64,000 nucleotides of DNA from Selenomonas sp. (GTDB lineage: Bacteria > Bacillota > Negativicutes > Selenomonadales > Selenomonadaceae), in contig NZ_JALFCU010000080.1 of the NCBI RefSeq assembly GCF_022771645.1, positions 26,495 to 90,494 of the forward strand, written 5' to 3'. Of this stretch, positions 16,744-24,592 are shown in pieces. Every line of letters starts with the position of its first letter. Positions within the stretch are counted from its first letter, which is position 1. The notes under the pieces are model-generated. The model was not told the origin of the DNA and searched no databases. It saw only the letters and a program-made list of their open reading frames with translations. Made by a program: the position numbers and the translations under genes.

Positions 16744-17652
16744 TCATCCTGCGGAAACGCCGTTGCCGTCGAAGCAAGGGACGTATTCCTCGCTCGCGGC
16801 GCGGCGCTCCTGCGTGTAACAATGCGTCATGCCGAGCGCGAGCGCGTGGTCCACGACGCTCTCGTACTCGAACGTCGTGAGGCGGCGGTGGAGCGGCCGG
16901 TGCTCCGCTGCGCGGTACATCGGCGTGTACTGGTTCATGAGCGAGACCTGGATGGCGTCGCCGAACTGCTCCCAGAGCCAGTCGAGGATGCGCATGCTCT
17001 CGTGGCGGTGGCCGGGCAGGACGAGATGGCGCACGAGCACGCCGCGCGTCATCTGGCCGTCAGCCGCGAACCGCGCGGGACCGACTTGGGCGAACATCCG
17101 CTCGATAGCCGCCGAGGCCGCCGCAAAATAATCGGGCGCGGCGGAGTATTCGCGCGCGGACGCTTCATCCATGTATTTCAGGTCAGGCAGGTAGATGTCG
17201 ACGCTGCCCGCGAGCGCGTCAACGAGCGCCGTCGTTTCATACGCGCCGGAGTTCCAGACGACGGGCAGCGAAAAGCCGCGCGCCTTCGCGAGCGCAAGCG
17301 CGTGGAGGATCTGCGGCGCGAAATGCGTCGGCGTCACGAGGTCGAGCGTCGCGGCGCCCCGCCCTTGCTGCTCGAGGAAAATCTCGGCAAGGCGCTCGTC
17401 CGTCACGTCAATGCCGTGGCCGTCATGCGAAATCTCGTGGTTCTGGCAGAAGCAGCAACACAAATTGCAATGCGAGAAGAACACCGTCCCCGCCCCGCGC
17501 CCGTCTTTTCCTACGAGGCACGGCTCCTCCCACGGATGGAGCGACACGAGCGCGACGCGGGCGAGCGCGCCCGCGCCGCAGAAGCCCGTTTCGCCCGCCG
17601 TGCGGTCGACGTGGCAGCGGCGGGGGCACAAATTACAATATGTTTGTTTCAT
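16744..17652 (-). CDS. Radical SAM protein, PflX-like (putative glycyl-radical-enzyme activase family)
   Basis: FFSHCNLCCCFCQNHEIS is a CxxxCxxC-type cluster motif, plus an N-terminal Cys-rich CNLCPRRCHVDR...GFCG. Size and layout resemble COG1313 PflX. No obvious SD lies upstream (cgaaataattttATG). Confidence 0.75.
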   Translation of the reverse strand: MKQTYCNLCPRRCHVDRTAGETGFCGAGALARVALVSLHPWEEPCLVGKDGRGAGTVFFSHCNLCCCFCQNHEISHDGHGIDVTDERLAEIFLEQQGRGAATLDLVTPTHFAPQILHALALAKARGFSLPVVWNSGAYETTALVDALAGSVDIYLPDLKYMDEASAREYSAAPDYFAAASAAIERMFAQVGPARFAADGQMTRGVLVRHLVLPGHRHESMRILDWLWEQFGDAIQVSLMNQYTPMYRAAEHRPLHRRLTTFEYESVVDHALALGMTHCYTQERRAASEEYVPCFDGNGVSAG

Positions 17653-17669
17653 AAAATTATTTCGATAGA

Positions 17670-17940
17670 TTGCCGATCGTGACTTTTACAGCAGCCTCTC
17701 CCTCCGGGAGAGGACAGGCGCGGAGCGAAGCGCAGCGCCAGGAGCGGGTCGCTTGCATGGCCATTGAATCCGTAGACCATTTGATGTCGCCGGTGCGCGC
17801 ACGTACTCGTAACATTTCGTGCGCGCACCCGCGAGACGTCATTTCCTACGAGCTCATTTAACGTACAGGGGACCCTTTCCACCGCTTCGCGGTCCCCCTT
17901 CCCCTGAGGGGAAGGCTGCTATAATCGTGACGATCGGCAA
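17670..17940. repeat. Structured intergenic repeat, copy B (core 17690-17920), inverted relative to copy A
   Basis: Its reverse complement aligns collinearly with 7015-7244. The terminal roughly 65 bp are near identical and the centre more diverged. The flanks TTGCCGATCGTGAC / GTCACGATCGGCAA form an additional closing inverted repeat. Confidence 0.75.
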
Positions 17941-17961
17941 CAGTTCTTTCATTCCTGCGTT

Positions 17962-18966
17962 TTACGCACCAATTTCCCCTTCCGGCAGATTCGCCAGCGC
18001 TCCCAACAATTCTTCATTGCTGACGGCGTACGTGCCGAGCTTTGCGACGACGACGCCGGCGGCGAGGTTCGCGAGGAAGGCGGCGGCTTTCGAGCGCAGG
18101 CCGCCCGCGAGGCCCATGGCGAGCACGGCGATGACCGTGTCGCCCGCGCCGGAGACGTCGAAGACTTCCTGCGCGCGCGTCGGGACGTGCAGCGCGTCGT
18201 CCTCGCGCACGAGCGAGAGGCCGGCCTCGGAGCGCGTGACCATCATATTGCGGATCTTGTACTTGCGCATGACGTAGTGCGCCGCGCGCTCGACGGCGTC
18301 GTCCTTGTTGCGGATGGGCTCGATGAGGACTTCGTTGATCTCCTTGAGGTTCGGCGTCAGGTAGTCGGCGTGCGCGTATTTCGTCCAGTTCGGTCCTTTC
18401 GGGTCGATGAGCACGGGGACGCCGTGCGCGTGCGCTTCGCGGATGACGTACTGGCAGAACGACTCCGTGCACGTGCCCTTGTCATAGTCGGAAATGACGA
18501 CGGCGTCGAGGCTCTCGCTGAGCTTCTGCGCGATATAGTTCTGCAGGCGCGCGATGTAGACGACGTCCGGCGGCGTCGTCTCTTCGAAATCGAGGCGCAG
18601 CATCTGCTGATGGCCGCCGATGACGCGCAGCTTCGTCGTCGTCGGGCGGTCGGTGTGGACGAGCCCGCGGTAGTCGATGCCGCGCGCCGTGAGTTTCTCC
18701 TCCAGGCTCTGGCAATGGTAGTCGTCGCCGACGTAGCCCGCGAGCGTCGTTTTGCAGCCGAGCCGCGCGAGGTTGTGCGCGACGTTCGCCGCGCCGCCGA
18801 GCGTTTCTTTCTGCGACGTGACGTGCGTGATCGGCACGGGCGCTTCCGGCGAGATGCGGTTGACCTCGCCGTAATAATATTTGTCGAGCATGACGTCGCC
18901 GACGACGAGGACGTTGCATTTCGCCGCGCGCTCCGCGACGAACGTGCTGAGTTCTTGTTTGTCCAT
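17962..18966 (-). CDS. rfaE1: D-glycero-beta-D-manno-heptose-7-phosphate kinase (RfaE domain I, PfkB family)
   Basis: MDKQELSTFVAERAAKCNVLVVGDVMLDKYYYGEVNRISPEAPVPI...DVSGAGDTVIAVLA matches the HldE/RfaE kinase domain. Start trimmed from the track (19233) to the ATG at 18966, after GGAGGAAGAA. Confidence 0.85.
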   Translation of the reverse strand: MDKQELSTFVAERAAKCNVLVVGDVMLDKYYYGEVNRISPEAPVPITHVTSQKETLGGAANVAHNLARLGCKTTLAGYVGDDYHCQSLEEKLTARGIDYRGLVHTDRPTTTKLRVIGGHQQMLRLDFEETTPPDVVYIARLQNYIAQKLSESLDAVVISDYDKGTCTESFCQYVIREAHAHGVPVLIDPKGPNWTKYAHADYLTPNLKEINEVLIEPIRNKDDAVERAAHYVMRKYKIRNMMVTRSEAGLSLVREDDALHVPTRAQEVFDVSGAGDTVIAVLAMGLAGGLRSKAAAFLANLAAGVVVAKLGTYAVSNEELLGALANLPEGEIGA

Positions 18967-19006
18967 TTCTTCCTCCGTATTTTGCAAGGATTTTTTGATT
19001 CGTATG

Positions 19007-20797
19007 TTATTCCCTCGGCTTCCAGCCGTGCCGTGCGTAGCAGGCGATCTTGTCTTTGTACATGGCGCGGTCGGCTTCGGCTTGGAGGTCTTTGTAGCTC
19101 GTGTGGCCGCTGGCTGGGCGGGCGAGGCCGAAGGCGACGGAGACGTTTTCGAGTTCGAGCTTTTGCTGGATGCTCTCGGCGAAGCCTTGGGCGGCATCGT
19201 GCGGGAGCTCGGTCGTGAACGCGGCGAATTCATCGCCGCCGATGCGGTAGACGTGGTCTTTGCCGAGGGCGGCGGCGAGCTCGCGCGCAGCGGTGGTCAG
19301 GAGGCGGTCGCCTTCGGCGTGGCCGAGGGTGTCGTTCGCGCGCTTCAGGCCGTTGACGTCGGCCATGATGAAAATCGTGCCCTGCGGCGCGATGCCGTTC
19401 CCGTATTCGCTCGCGAGGAGGTAGGCGTTGTGGCTGCGGACGTCCGTCATTTCGTCGTAGAGGCTGAGTTTTTCCAGGCGGGTCGCTTCGGCCTGCTCGT
19501 AGTGGATGCAGCTGTGGACGTCGTTGAAGCCGTTGTAGATGGCGCGCACCATGTGGGCGCACGTATCGTAGCCGCAGGCGGCGCAGTCGATGTGGCGCGA
19601 GGCTTCGTCGTATTTGTGCAGGCTGTCGTAAATGGCGTCTTCTTCTTCGCGCGACGGCTGCCAGTCCTGGCATTGCGCCGAGCGGTCGCGGTAGGTGCGC
19701 TGGTAGTCGCGCGGGTTCAGCCCCTCGAAGCGTTCGTTGAGGAGCGCGAGGCGTTCGGCGGGCGGCACGCTTTTGTTCCACGGGCCGGCGTCGTCGCGGA
19801 CTTCGCGCTGGTGCATGCGGTTCAGCAGCGTGTAGTAGGCCTGGTCGTGGTCGTTGCAGCCGGGCGCGTTCGCCGTGCCTTCGAGGCAGCCGTCCTGGCA
19901 GTTGACGATGTCGACGATGGAAAACGGCAGCGCGCCGCGCAGCAGGCCGTCCGCGTTGCGGTCGAGCCAGCGGTACGCGTAGCGCTTGCCGGAGACGCTC
20001 CGCACATAGATGTCGTCGCCGAGGAACCAGCGGAGGTTCGTCGCGAGGCCGTCGGGCGCGGGATACGCGAGGCCGAGGCCGTAGCCCGTGTCTTCCTCGC
20101 TCGTCGCATCGCCGAGGCCGTGCGCCTCGAGGTATTTCATGAGGGAACGCAGCGTGATGTTGTAGGAGATGGCCTCGTAGCGGCCGTCCCTTTGCTTTTC
20201 GAGCGTCTTGCCGATGCACGGGCCGATGTAGGCGAGGCGGTCGGTGATGTAGAGGCGCGTGCGCGCGTAGATGGCCATGCACTGCGTCGGGCTCTGCACG
20301 GGCAGCAGGTGGCCGAGGAGCTCGGGGTGGAAATGCTCGATGTACGAAACGATGACGGGGCAGCGCGACGAGAGGAAGCCCATGCGCGGCCGCTCCGCGA
20401 GGTAGCGGAGCGTCGCCCACGTGCAGATGTCCGCGCCGAACGCGACGGGCAGCAGCCGCCGCGCGCCGAGCACGCGCAGCGTGCCGAGGATGCGGCGGTA
20501 CGACGCGGGGAACGACGACTCGATGGCGGGCGAAAGGAGCACGGAGATGGGCACGCCGTCCGCGAGGTCGCGGAAAAAGCGGTCCGTGTCGTCCGTGTAG
20601 CTCCGCGCGTCGTGCGCGCAGACGGTGAAGCATGCGCCGCAGGCCGTGCAGCGCAGAGGGTCGACGGCGATCTGCGTGCGCCCGCCCTCGCGCTGCGAGA
20701 TGCACGCGCCCATGGACGAGCAAACGCCGACGCATTTGTTGCAACCGATGCAGTTTTCGTTCGTGTAAATGAGGCCTTCCGCTTGCATGGCGCTCAC
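19007..20797 (-). CDS. Sensory [FeFe]-hydrogenase-like protein (2x4Fe-4S ferredoxin + H-cluster domain + Cx2Cx4Cx16C) fused to a GGDEF diguanylate cyclase
   Basis: Ferredoxin motifs are CIGCNKCVGVC and CTACGACFTVC. H-cluster-like motifs are SSRCP (C146), GPCIGKTLE (C194) and NCQDGCLEG (C300/C304). CAACGYDTC-x16-C spans C405-C430 (19508-19585). The C-terminal domain has YDEMTDV...RIGGDEF (19226-19240). Confidence 0.8.
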   Translation of the reverse strand: MSAMQAEGLIYTNENCIGCNKCVGVCSSMGACISQREGGRTQIAVDPLRCTACGACFTVCAHDARSYTDDTDRFFRDLADGVPISVLLSPAIESSFPASYRRILGTLRVLGARRLLPVAFGADICTWATLRYLAERPRMGFLSSRCPVIVSYIEHFHPELLGHLLPVQSPTQCMAIYARTRLYITDRLAYIGPCIGKTLEKQRDGRYEAISYNITLRSLMKYLEAHGLGDATSEEDTGYGLGLAYPAPDGLATNLRWFLGDDIYVRSVSGKRYAYRWLDRNADGLLRGALPFSIVDIVNCQDGCLEGTANAPGCNDHDQAYYTLLNRMHQREVRDDAGPWNKSVPPAERLALLNERFEGLNPRDYQRTYRDRSAQCQDWQPSREEEDAIYDSLHKYDEASRHIDCAACGYDTCAHMVRAIYNGFNDVHSCIHYEQAEATRLEKLSLYDEMTDVRSHNAYLLASEYGNGIAPQGTIFIMADVNGLKRANDTLGHAEGDRLLTTAARELAAALGKDHVYRIGGDEFAAFTTELPHDAAQGFAESIQQKLELENVSVAFGLARPASGHTSYKDLQAEADRAMYKDKIACYARHGWKPRE

Positions 20798-20815
20798 GCT
20801 CGCTTTCTCAAAAGG

Positions 20816-22261
20816 TCAGTTTGCCGCCTCCGGCAGCACGATGGGCTTCTTCTCGAGGTCTTTCGTGATCCACGGGAAATGCGCCGAGAGGTATTTGCCG
20901 ATGGCTTCGCCGATCATGCGCTTGCCCGCGTAGTCCGGGTGCAGGCCGTCCGTCGTGTATTTCGTCGCCATCCAGCCCGAGGCATCCTCGACCGTGCGGC
21001 CGACGTCGACGGCGTACGTCTGCTCCAGGATCCAGTGGTTGATGTAGGCGCGATGCACCTGCCAGTCCGCCGGCGGCGTCTCGATCTGGCCGTAGCGCTC
21101 GATGAGGCCGGGGTTGATCGGCGTGACGGTCGCGAACACGGGGATGATGCCGTACGCGTCGCATTTGTCGCGGATGGCGATGAGGTGCTCGACGGTCTCC
21201 GAGCCCATCGTCGTACCGCGGTAGTCGTTGACGCCGCCCATGATGACGAGCACGCGCGGGGAGAAAGGCAGCACGTCCGTCTCGAAGCGCTCGAGCATGG
21301 CCTGCGTCGTGTTGCCGCTGTAGCCGAGGTTCTTCACGGGCACGACGGAGTACGTCTCCCAATCGTAGAGGAGGTAGCCCGGGGGCGTCGTCATCGCGCC
21401 GCCGCCGTGCGTGATGCTGTCGCCGAGCGCCGCGACGGGCGTCGGCGTGGTCACATCGAACTCCGAGAACGGCGACCAGTCGGAAATCGGCCAGCCGCTC
21501 GCGTCGACGGCGCGCACGCGCCACGCGTAGCGGCCCGGCACGGTGTAGCCGCCCTCTTCGTAGTAGTCGTACTCGCCCGCCTGGAGCGTGCGGATGAGCT
21601 GCTTGCCCGACGGCTTCTCGCGGTAAACCTCGACGACGTGCTGCTTCGCGCCCGCCGTCGGCACCCACGAGAACACGGGGTAGAGCGGCGCGTAGTCCAT
21701 CTTTTCGAACTCCGTCGTCGGCAGCGGGGCCGTCGGGTTCACCTCGCCCGACGTGAGCGGCGCGGGCGTCGTGGATTTCGCGAGCGCGCGGCCGCTGTAG
21801 TCGAGCGGGCAGCATTTCCAGTAGTACGATTCCGCCGCCTTGCCGTACGGCACGAGGTCGAGCTCGATGCCGTTCGTGTAGCATTGGTCCGTCGACCAGA
21901 CGACGTTCTCCGCCTTGTCCTCTGCGCCCTTCAGTAGCACGACTTGATAGCGCACGGCGCTCGGCGTCACGGGCCACGTCAGGCGGACTTTTTTCATCTG
22001 CACTTCGGCTGCGGGCGCAGGCGCGTCCGCCGTTTTTTTCTCTTCCACTTTCTCCACCTTCGCATCTTTTTTCTTGTGGGAAAGATCGCTGTGCTGCACC
22101 TCGATGATGCGGATGTCCTGCGCAAGCGTCGCGGGCGCGTCGTCCGAGGGCGGGTCGACCTCGATGACGCGTGGCGGCGCGGCAAAAACAGCCTGAGGAA
22201 CAGCAAAGAACACGCCGGCCGCCAATGCGGCGGAAGCGGCGAGGAATGTACGGGATTTCAT
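20816..22261 (-). CDS. Secreted SGNH/GDSL-family hydrolase with N-terminal beta-rich domains
   Basis: Signal peptide is MKSRTFLAASAALAAGVFFAVPQAVFA. The GDSL block is VAALGDSITHGGG, with later GGVNDY and DGLHPD blocks. Confidence 0.7.
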   Translation of the reverse strand: MKSRTFLAASAALAAGVFFAVPQAVFAAPPRVIEVDPPSDDAPATLAQDIRIIEVQHSDLSHKKKDAKVEKVEEKKTADAPAPAAEVQMKKVRLTWPVTPSAVRYQVVLLKGAEDKAENVVWSTDQCYTNGIELDLVPYGKAAESYYWKCCPLDYSGRALAKSTTPAPLTSGEVNPTAPLPTTEFEKMDYAPLYPVFSWVPTAGAKQHVVEVYREKPSGKQLIRTLQAGEYDYYEEGGYTVPGRYAWRVRAVDASGWPISDWSPFSEFDVTTPTPVAALGDSITHGGGAMTTPPGYLLYDWETYSVVPVKNLGYSGNTTQAMLERFETDVLPFSPRVLVIMGGVNDYRGTTMGSETVEHLIAIRDKCDAYGIIPVFATVTPINPGLIERYGQIETPPADWQVHRAYINHWILEQTYAVDVGRTVEDASGWMATKYTTDGLHPDYAGKRMIGEAIGKYLSAHFPWITKDLEKKPIVLPEAAN

Positions 22262-22324
22262 ATTCTAGGATTCTCTTCTTTCTCTGTCAAAGATACACCC
22301 TTTTATTATACCGCAAAAATGCGC

Positions 22325-23152
22325 TCACGCAAAGAAATCACCCGAAAGATTCCATCCGTGGTGGAGCGGGCCGCGGCCTTTGCCGAGGTCGAGGTTCGCG
22401 TTGATCGCGCCGGTGAGGTAGGCTTTCGCTTGGCCGACAGCGGTGACGAGGTCCATGCCTTTCGCGAGGTTCGCGGCGATGGCGGACGAGAGCGTGCAGC
22501 CGGTGCCGTGCGTGTTGGGATTCGCGCTTCGCGGTGCGGCGAAGGACTCAAGGCGGCCGCCTTGTTCTTCTGGATACGCGAGCAGGTCAACGACGGCCGC
22601 GTCCGTGAAGTGGCCGCCCTTTGCGAGGACGGCGGTGTGGTATGTTGCTGCCGCCTGCCGCGCCGCGCGCTCCATCGCGGGGAGATCGACGATGCCGACG
22701 CCCGTGAGGCGCGTGAGCTCGGGGATGTTCGGCGTGATGATCTCCGCGAGCGGCAGGAGCTCGCTCGCGAGCGCCTCCATCGCGTCGCCCGCGAGGAGCG
22801 CCGCGCCGCTCGTCGCGACCATGACGGGGTCAACGACGATATGCGCTGCGTGATATTCTTTCAATTTTTCCGCGATGACATGGATGAGCGCCGCCGACGC
22901 GACCATGCCGACCTTCACGGCGCACGGCGGGATGTCCGTGAAAACCGCGTCGAGCTCGGCGGCGAGGAACTCGGGCGTCGCCTCCTCGATGGCCATGACG
23001 CCCATCGTGTTCTGCGCCGTCAGCGCCGTCACGGCGCTCATGCCGTACACGCCGTTCGCGAGGAACGTCTTGAGATCCGCCTGGACGCCCGCACCGCCGC
23101 TCGAATCGCTGCCGGCGATTGTAAGGACGGGAATATCAAATGTCGGTGTCAT
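22325..23152 (-). CDS. thiD: Hydroxymethylpyrimidine/phosphomethylpyrimidine kinase
   Basis: [49 protein letters not shown] is canonical ThiD. Start trimmed to the ATG at 23152. Confidence 0.9.
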   Translation of the reverse strand: MTPTFDIPVLTIAGSDSSGGAGVQADLKTFLANGVYGMSAVTALTAQNTMGVMAIEEATPEFLAAELDAVFTDIPPCAVKVGMVASAALIHVIAEKLKEYHAAHIVVDPVMVATSGAALLAGDAMEALASELLPLAEIITPNIPELTRLTGVGIVDLPAMERAARQAAATYHTAVLAKGGHFTDAAVVDLLAYPEEQGGRLESFAAPRSANPNTHGTGCTLSSAIAANLAKGMDLVTAVGQAKAYLTGAINANLDLGKGRGPLHHGWNLSGDFFA

Positions 23153-23175
23153 AAGATCTGCCTCCCAGATGATAA

Positions 23176-23207
23176 GAAAAAAGGGGTTGCTGCATATCAA
23201 CAACCCC
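23176..23207 (-). terminator. Rho-independent terminator after small toxin ORF 1
   Basis: Minus strand has GGGGTTGttgatatgcagCAACCCC followed by TTTTTTC. Confidence 0.7.
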
Positions 23208-23248
23208 GCTCGGTTTGCGACTCCGAGACTTTTTGTGCTTTTGCTGCG

Positions 23249-23338
23249 TCAATGCCGATCAAGCCACTTGCAGATGTAATGGCTGACTACACCTGCTGCG
23301 ACCGACATTGTAAAGTTAAGGAAAAACAGTGCCACCAT
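23249..23338 (-). CDS. 29-aa hydrophobic peptide, Fst/Ldr-like type I toxin candidate
   Basis: Too short for the ORF track. AGGAGGAGG lies 6 nt upstream of ATG. The peptide is [29 protein letters not shown], one TM helix plus a charged tail with an xxWLDxx ending as in Fst-family toxins. It has its own promoter (TTGATG 23409-23414, 17 nt, TATAAT 23386-23391) and terminator. Confidence 0.55.
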   Translation of the reverse strand: MVALFFLNFTMSVAAGVVSHYICKWLDRH

Positions 23339-23433
23339 GAACACCTCCTCCTACTGCGCACGGGAGAATGTTCCGCAGCAAAGCCATTATAACAAGGACT
23401 TGCAATATCATCAAGACATGGTATAATATCCGT

Positions 23434-23556
23434 AGGCTAAAAAGTTAAGGAAAAGCCATCGTGGACAAAGCCTCTAGGACTGCAACCTGGGGGCTTTTCT
23501 AATGGCCAAAAAGCTCCTGCGAATCTCTTCCGAGATTCACAGGAGCTTTTGATTTT
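23434..23556 (+). ncRNA. Candidate antitoxin sRNA 1, divergent from toxin ORF 1 (about 120 nt)
   Basis: Plus-strand promoter is TTGCAA (23400-23405), 16 nt, TATAAT (23422-23427). The terminator is AGCTCCTGcGAATCTCttccGAGATTCaCAGGAGCT plus TTTTGATTTT (23512-23556). Positions 23441-23454 and 23455-23467 repeat 23312-23325 and 23331-23343, so they are complementary to codons 5-9 and the start-codon region of the toxin mRNA. Confidence 0.4.
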
Positions 23557-23564
23557 CCTACGCT

Positions 23565-24380
23565 TTACGCCACGTCGCACATCATGACATTCCCGTTCGT
23601 GGCGTCGACGAGGACGTGGTATTTCACGCCGTTATGCTCGCACGCGACTTTGTACGCGGGATGGAAGCCGAAGTGCGGACGCGGACGCTGGTTCTGCGCC
23701 GATGCGTTGTCGCTGTCGCTGCCATCCTGCGCGGCGGCCTGCGGCTGCAACGGCGGTTGCGTGCCGTCTGTGTTCTGCGCTACCTGCGCCATCGACTGCG
23801 GCGGCTGCTGGCCGTCCATCATCGGCGGCTGGCCTTGCGGCGCGCCCTGCATCATCGGCTGCTGCGCGCCTGGCATGCCCGGCTGTCCCATGCCCTGCGG
23901 CATCATGCGATGGTCGCCGCCGTGCTCATAGTGGTCGCGCTCGTCGCCGTCGTGATCTTCGTAGCCGTGGCCGCGATCGTCGTGGCGGTCGTGGAGCGCG
24001 GTGGGCGCCGGGCGGTCGCCGTCTTTGCGATCTTTTTTCTCGGCTTTGTCCTTATCGCCTCGCTGCTGCGCGAGGTTTTCGAGGCCGACGCGGTCGAACG
24101 TCAGCGCGCTCTCGTCCATGCCAACGGCTTCGGCGGCTTTCGCCTTCGCCTCGTCCTCGCTGATCAGCGTGATGTCCTCGCGCGCGGCCTGCGCCGCGAC
24201 GAGCTGGCTGCGCGCCGCGTCCTTCGCTGCGCGTTCGCTGTGCTCGCGCTGGATGTCCCACGCTGCGCCCGCGCCACCGAGCAGGGCGAGCGCGACGACG
24301 GCCGCGAGGCCTTTCTTCCAATATTTCTTGCATGCGCCTTTCGCCTGGCTGCCGACGTTGTTCATGTTTTCCATATCCAT
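23565..24380 (-). CDS. Membrane-anchored PepSY-domain protein with a roughly 130-aa His/Asp- and Met/Gln/Pro-rich insertion
   Basis: N-terminal TM is GLAAVVALALLGGAGAAW. PepSY-like halves are ISEDEAKAKAAEAVGMDESALTFDRVGLE and YKVACEHNGVKYHVLVDATNGNVMM. They are separated by HDRHDDRGHGYEDHDGDERDHYEHGGDHRMMPQGMGQPGMPGAQQPMMQG... Confidence 0.6.
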   Translation of the reverse strand: MDMENMNNVGSQAKGACKKYWKKGLAAVVALALLGGAGAAWDIQREHSERAAKDAARSQLVAAQAAREDITLISEDEAKAKAAEAVGMDESALTFDRVGLENLAQQRGDKDKAEKKDRKDGDRPAPTALHDRHDDRGHGYEDHDGDERDHYEHGGDHRMMPQGMGQPGMPGAQQPMMQGAPQGQPPMMDGQQPPQSMAQVAQNTDGTQPPLQPQAAAQDGSDSDNASAQNQRPRPHFGFHPAYKVACEHNGVKYHVLVDATNGNVMMCDVA

Positions 24381-24592
24381 GATGGTGACCTCCTGTTTGT
24401 TGTCTGTGTTTTGATCTCCTGTTCGGAACTGTGCTTATCATAGCAGGCAGTTTGAAACAGCCGCGCAACGGTTTCGAAACAAAAGCTAAACAAATCCTTG
24501 CGGCGGCGAAAACTTTGCGACGCACGCGAAAACGCTCCCTTTCGTTTCCTCCGTTCTATGATAGAATGGAAGACACGAAAGGGGGATGTCCT

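Noticed and set aside
6995-17940. Composite transposon or invertible segment bounded by the two inverted repeat copies
   Set aside because: There is no transposase, recombinase or invertase gene inside or nearby. All genes inside and outside are co-oriented. The interior contains essential lipid A genes. I kept this only as a possibility for homologous-recombination inversion under the repeat finding.
18881-21937. 1,018-aa plus-strand ORF; similar long plus-strand ORFs at 40667..43594, 56832..58418, 43582..44979, 45120..46484 and 58899..60749
   Set aside because: All are antisense shadows of well-supported minus-strand genes (hydrogenase-GGDEF/SGNH, Ca-ATPase, rnfC, kinase, PP2C, alcohol dehydrogenase). 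They have Arg-rich low-complexity translations.
23153-23340. Expected TPP (THI-box) riboswitch upstream of thiD
   Set aside because: I looked for the CUGAGA ... ACCUGAUCUGGAUAAUGCCAGCG core on the minus strand and did not find it. The space is occupied by the small toxin ORF and its terminator. thiD expression may depend on read-through or on a promoter I did not find.
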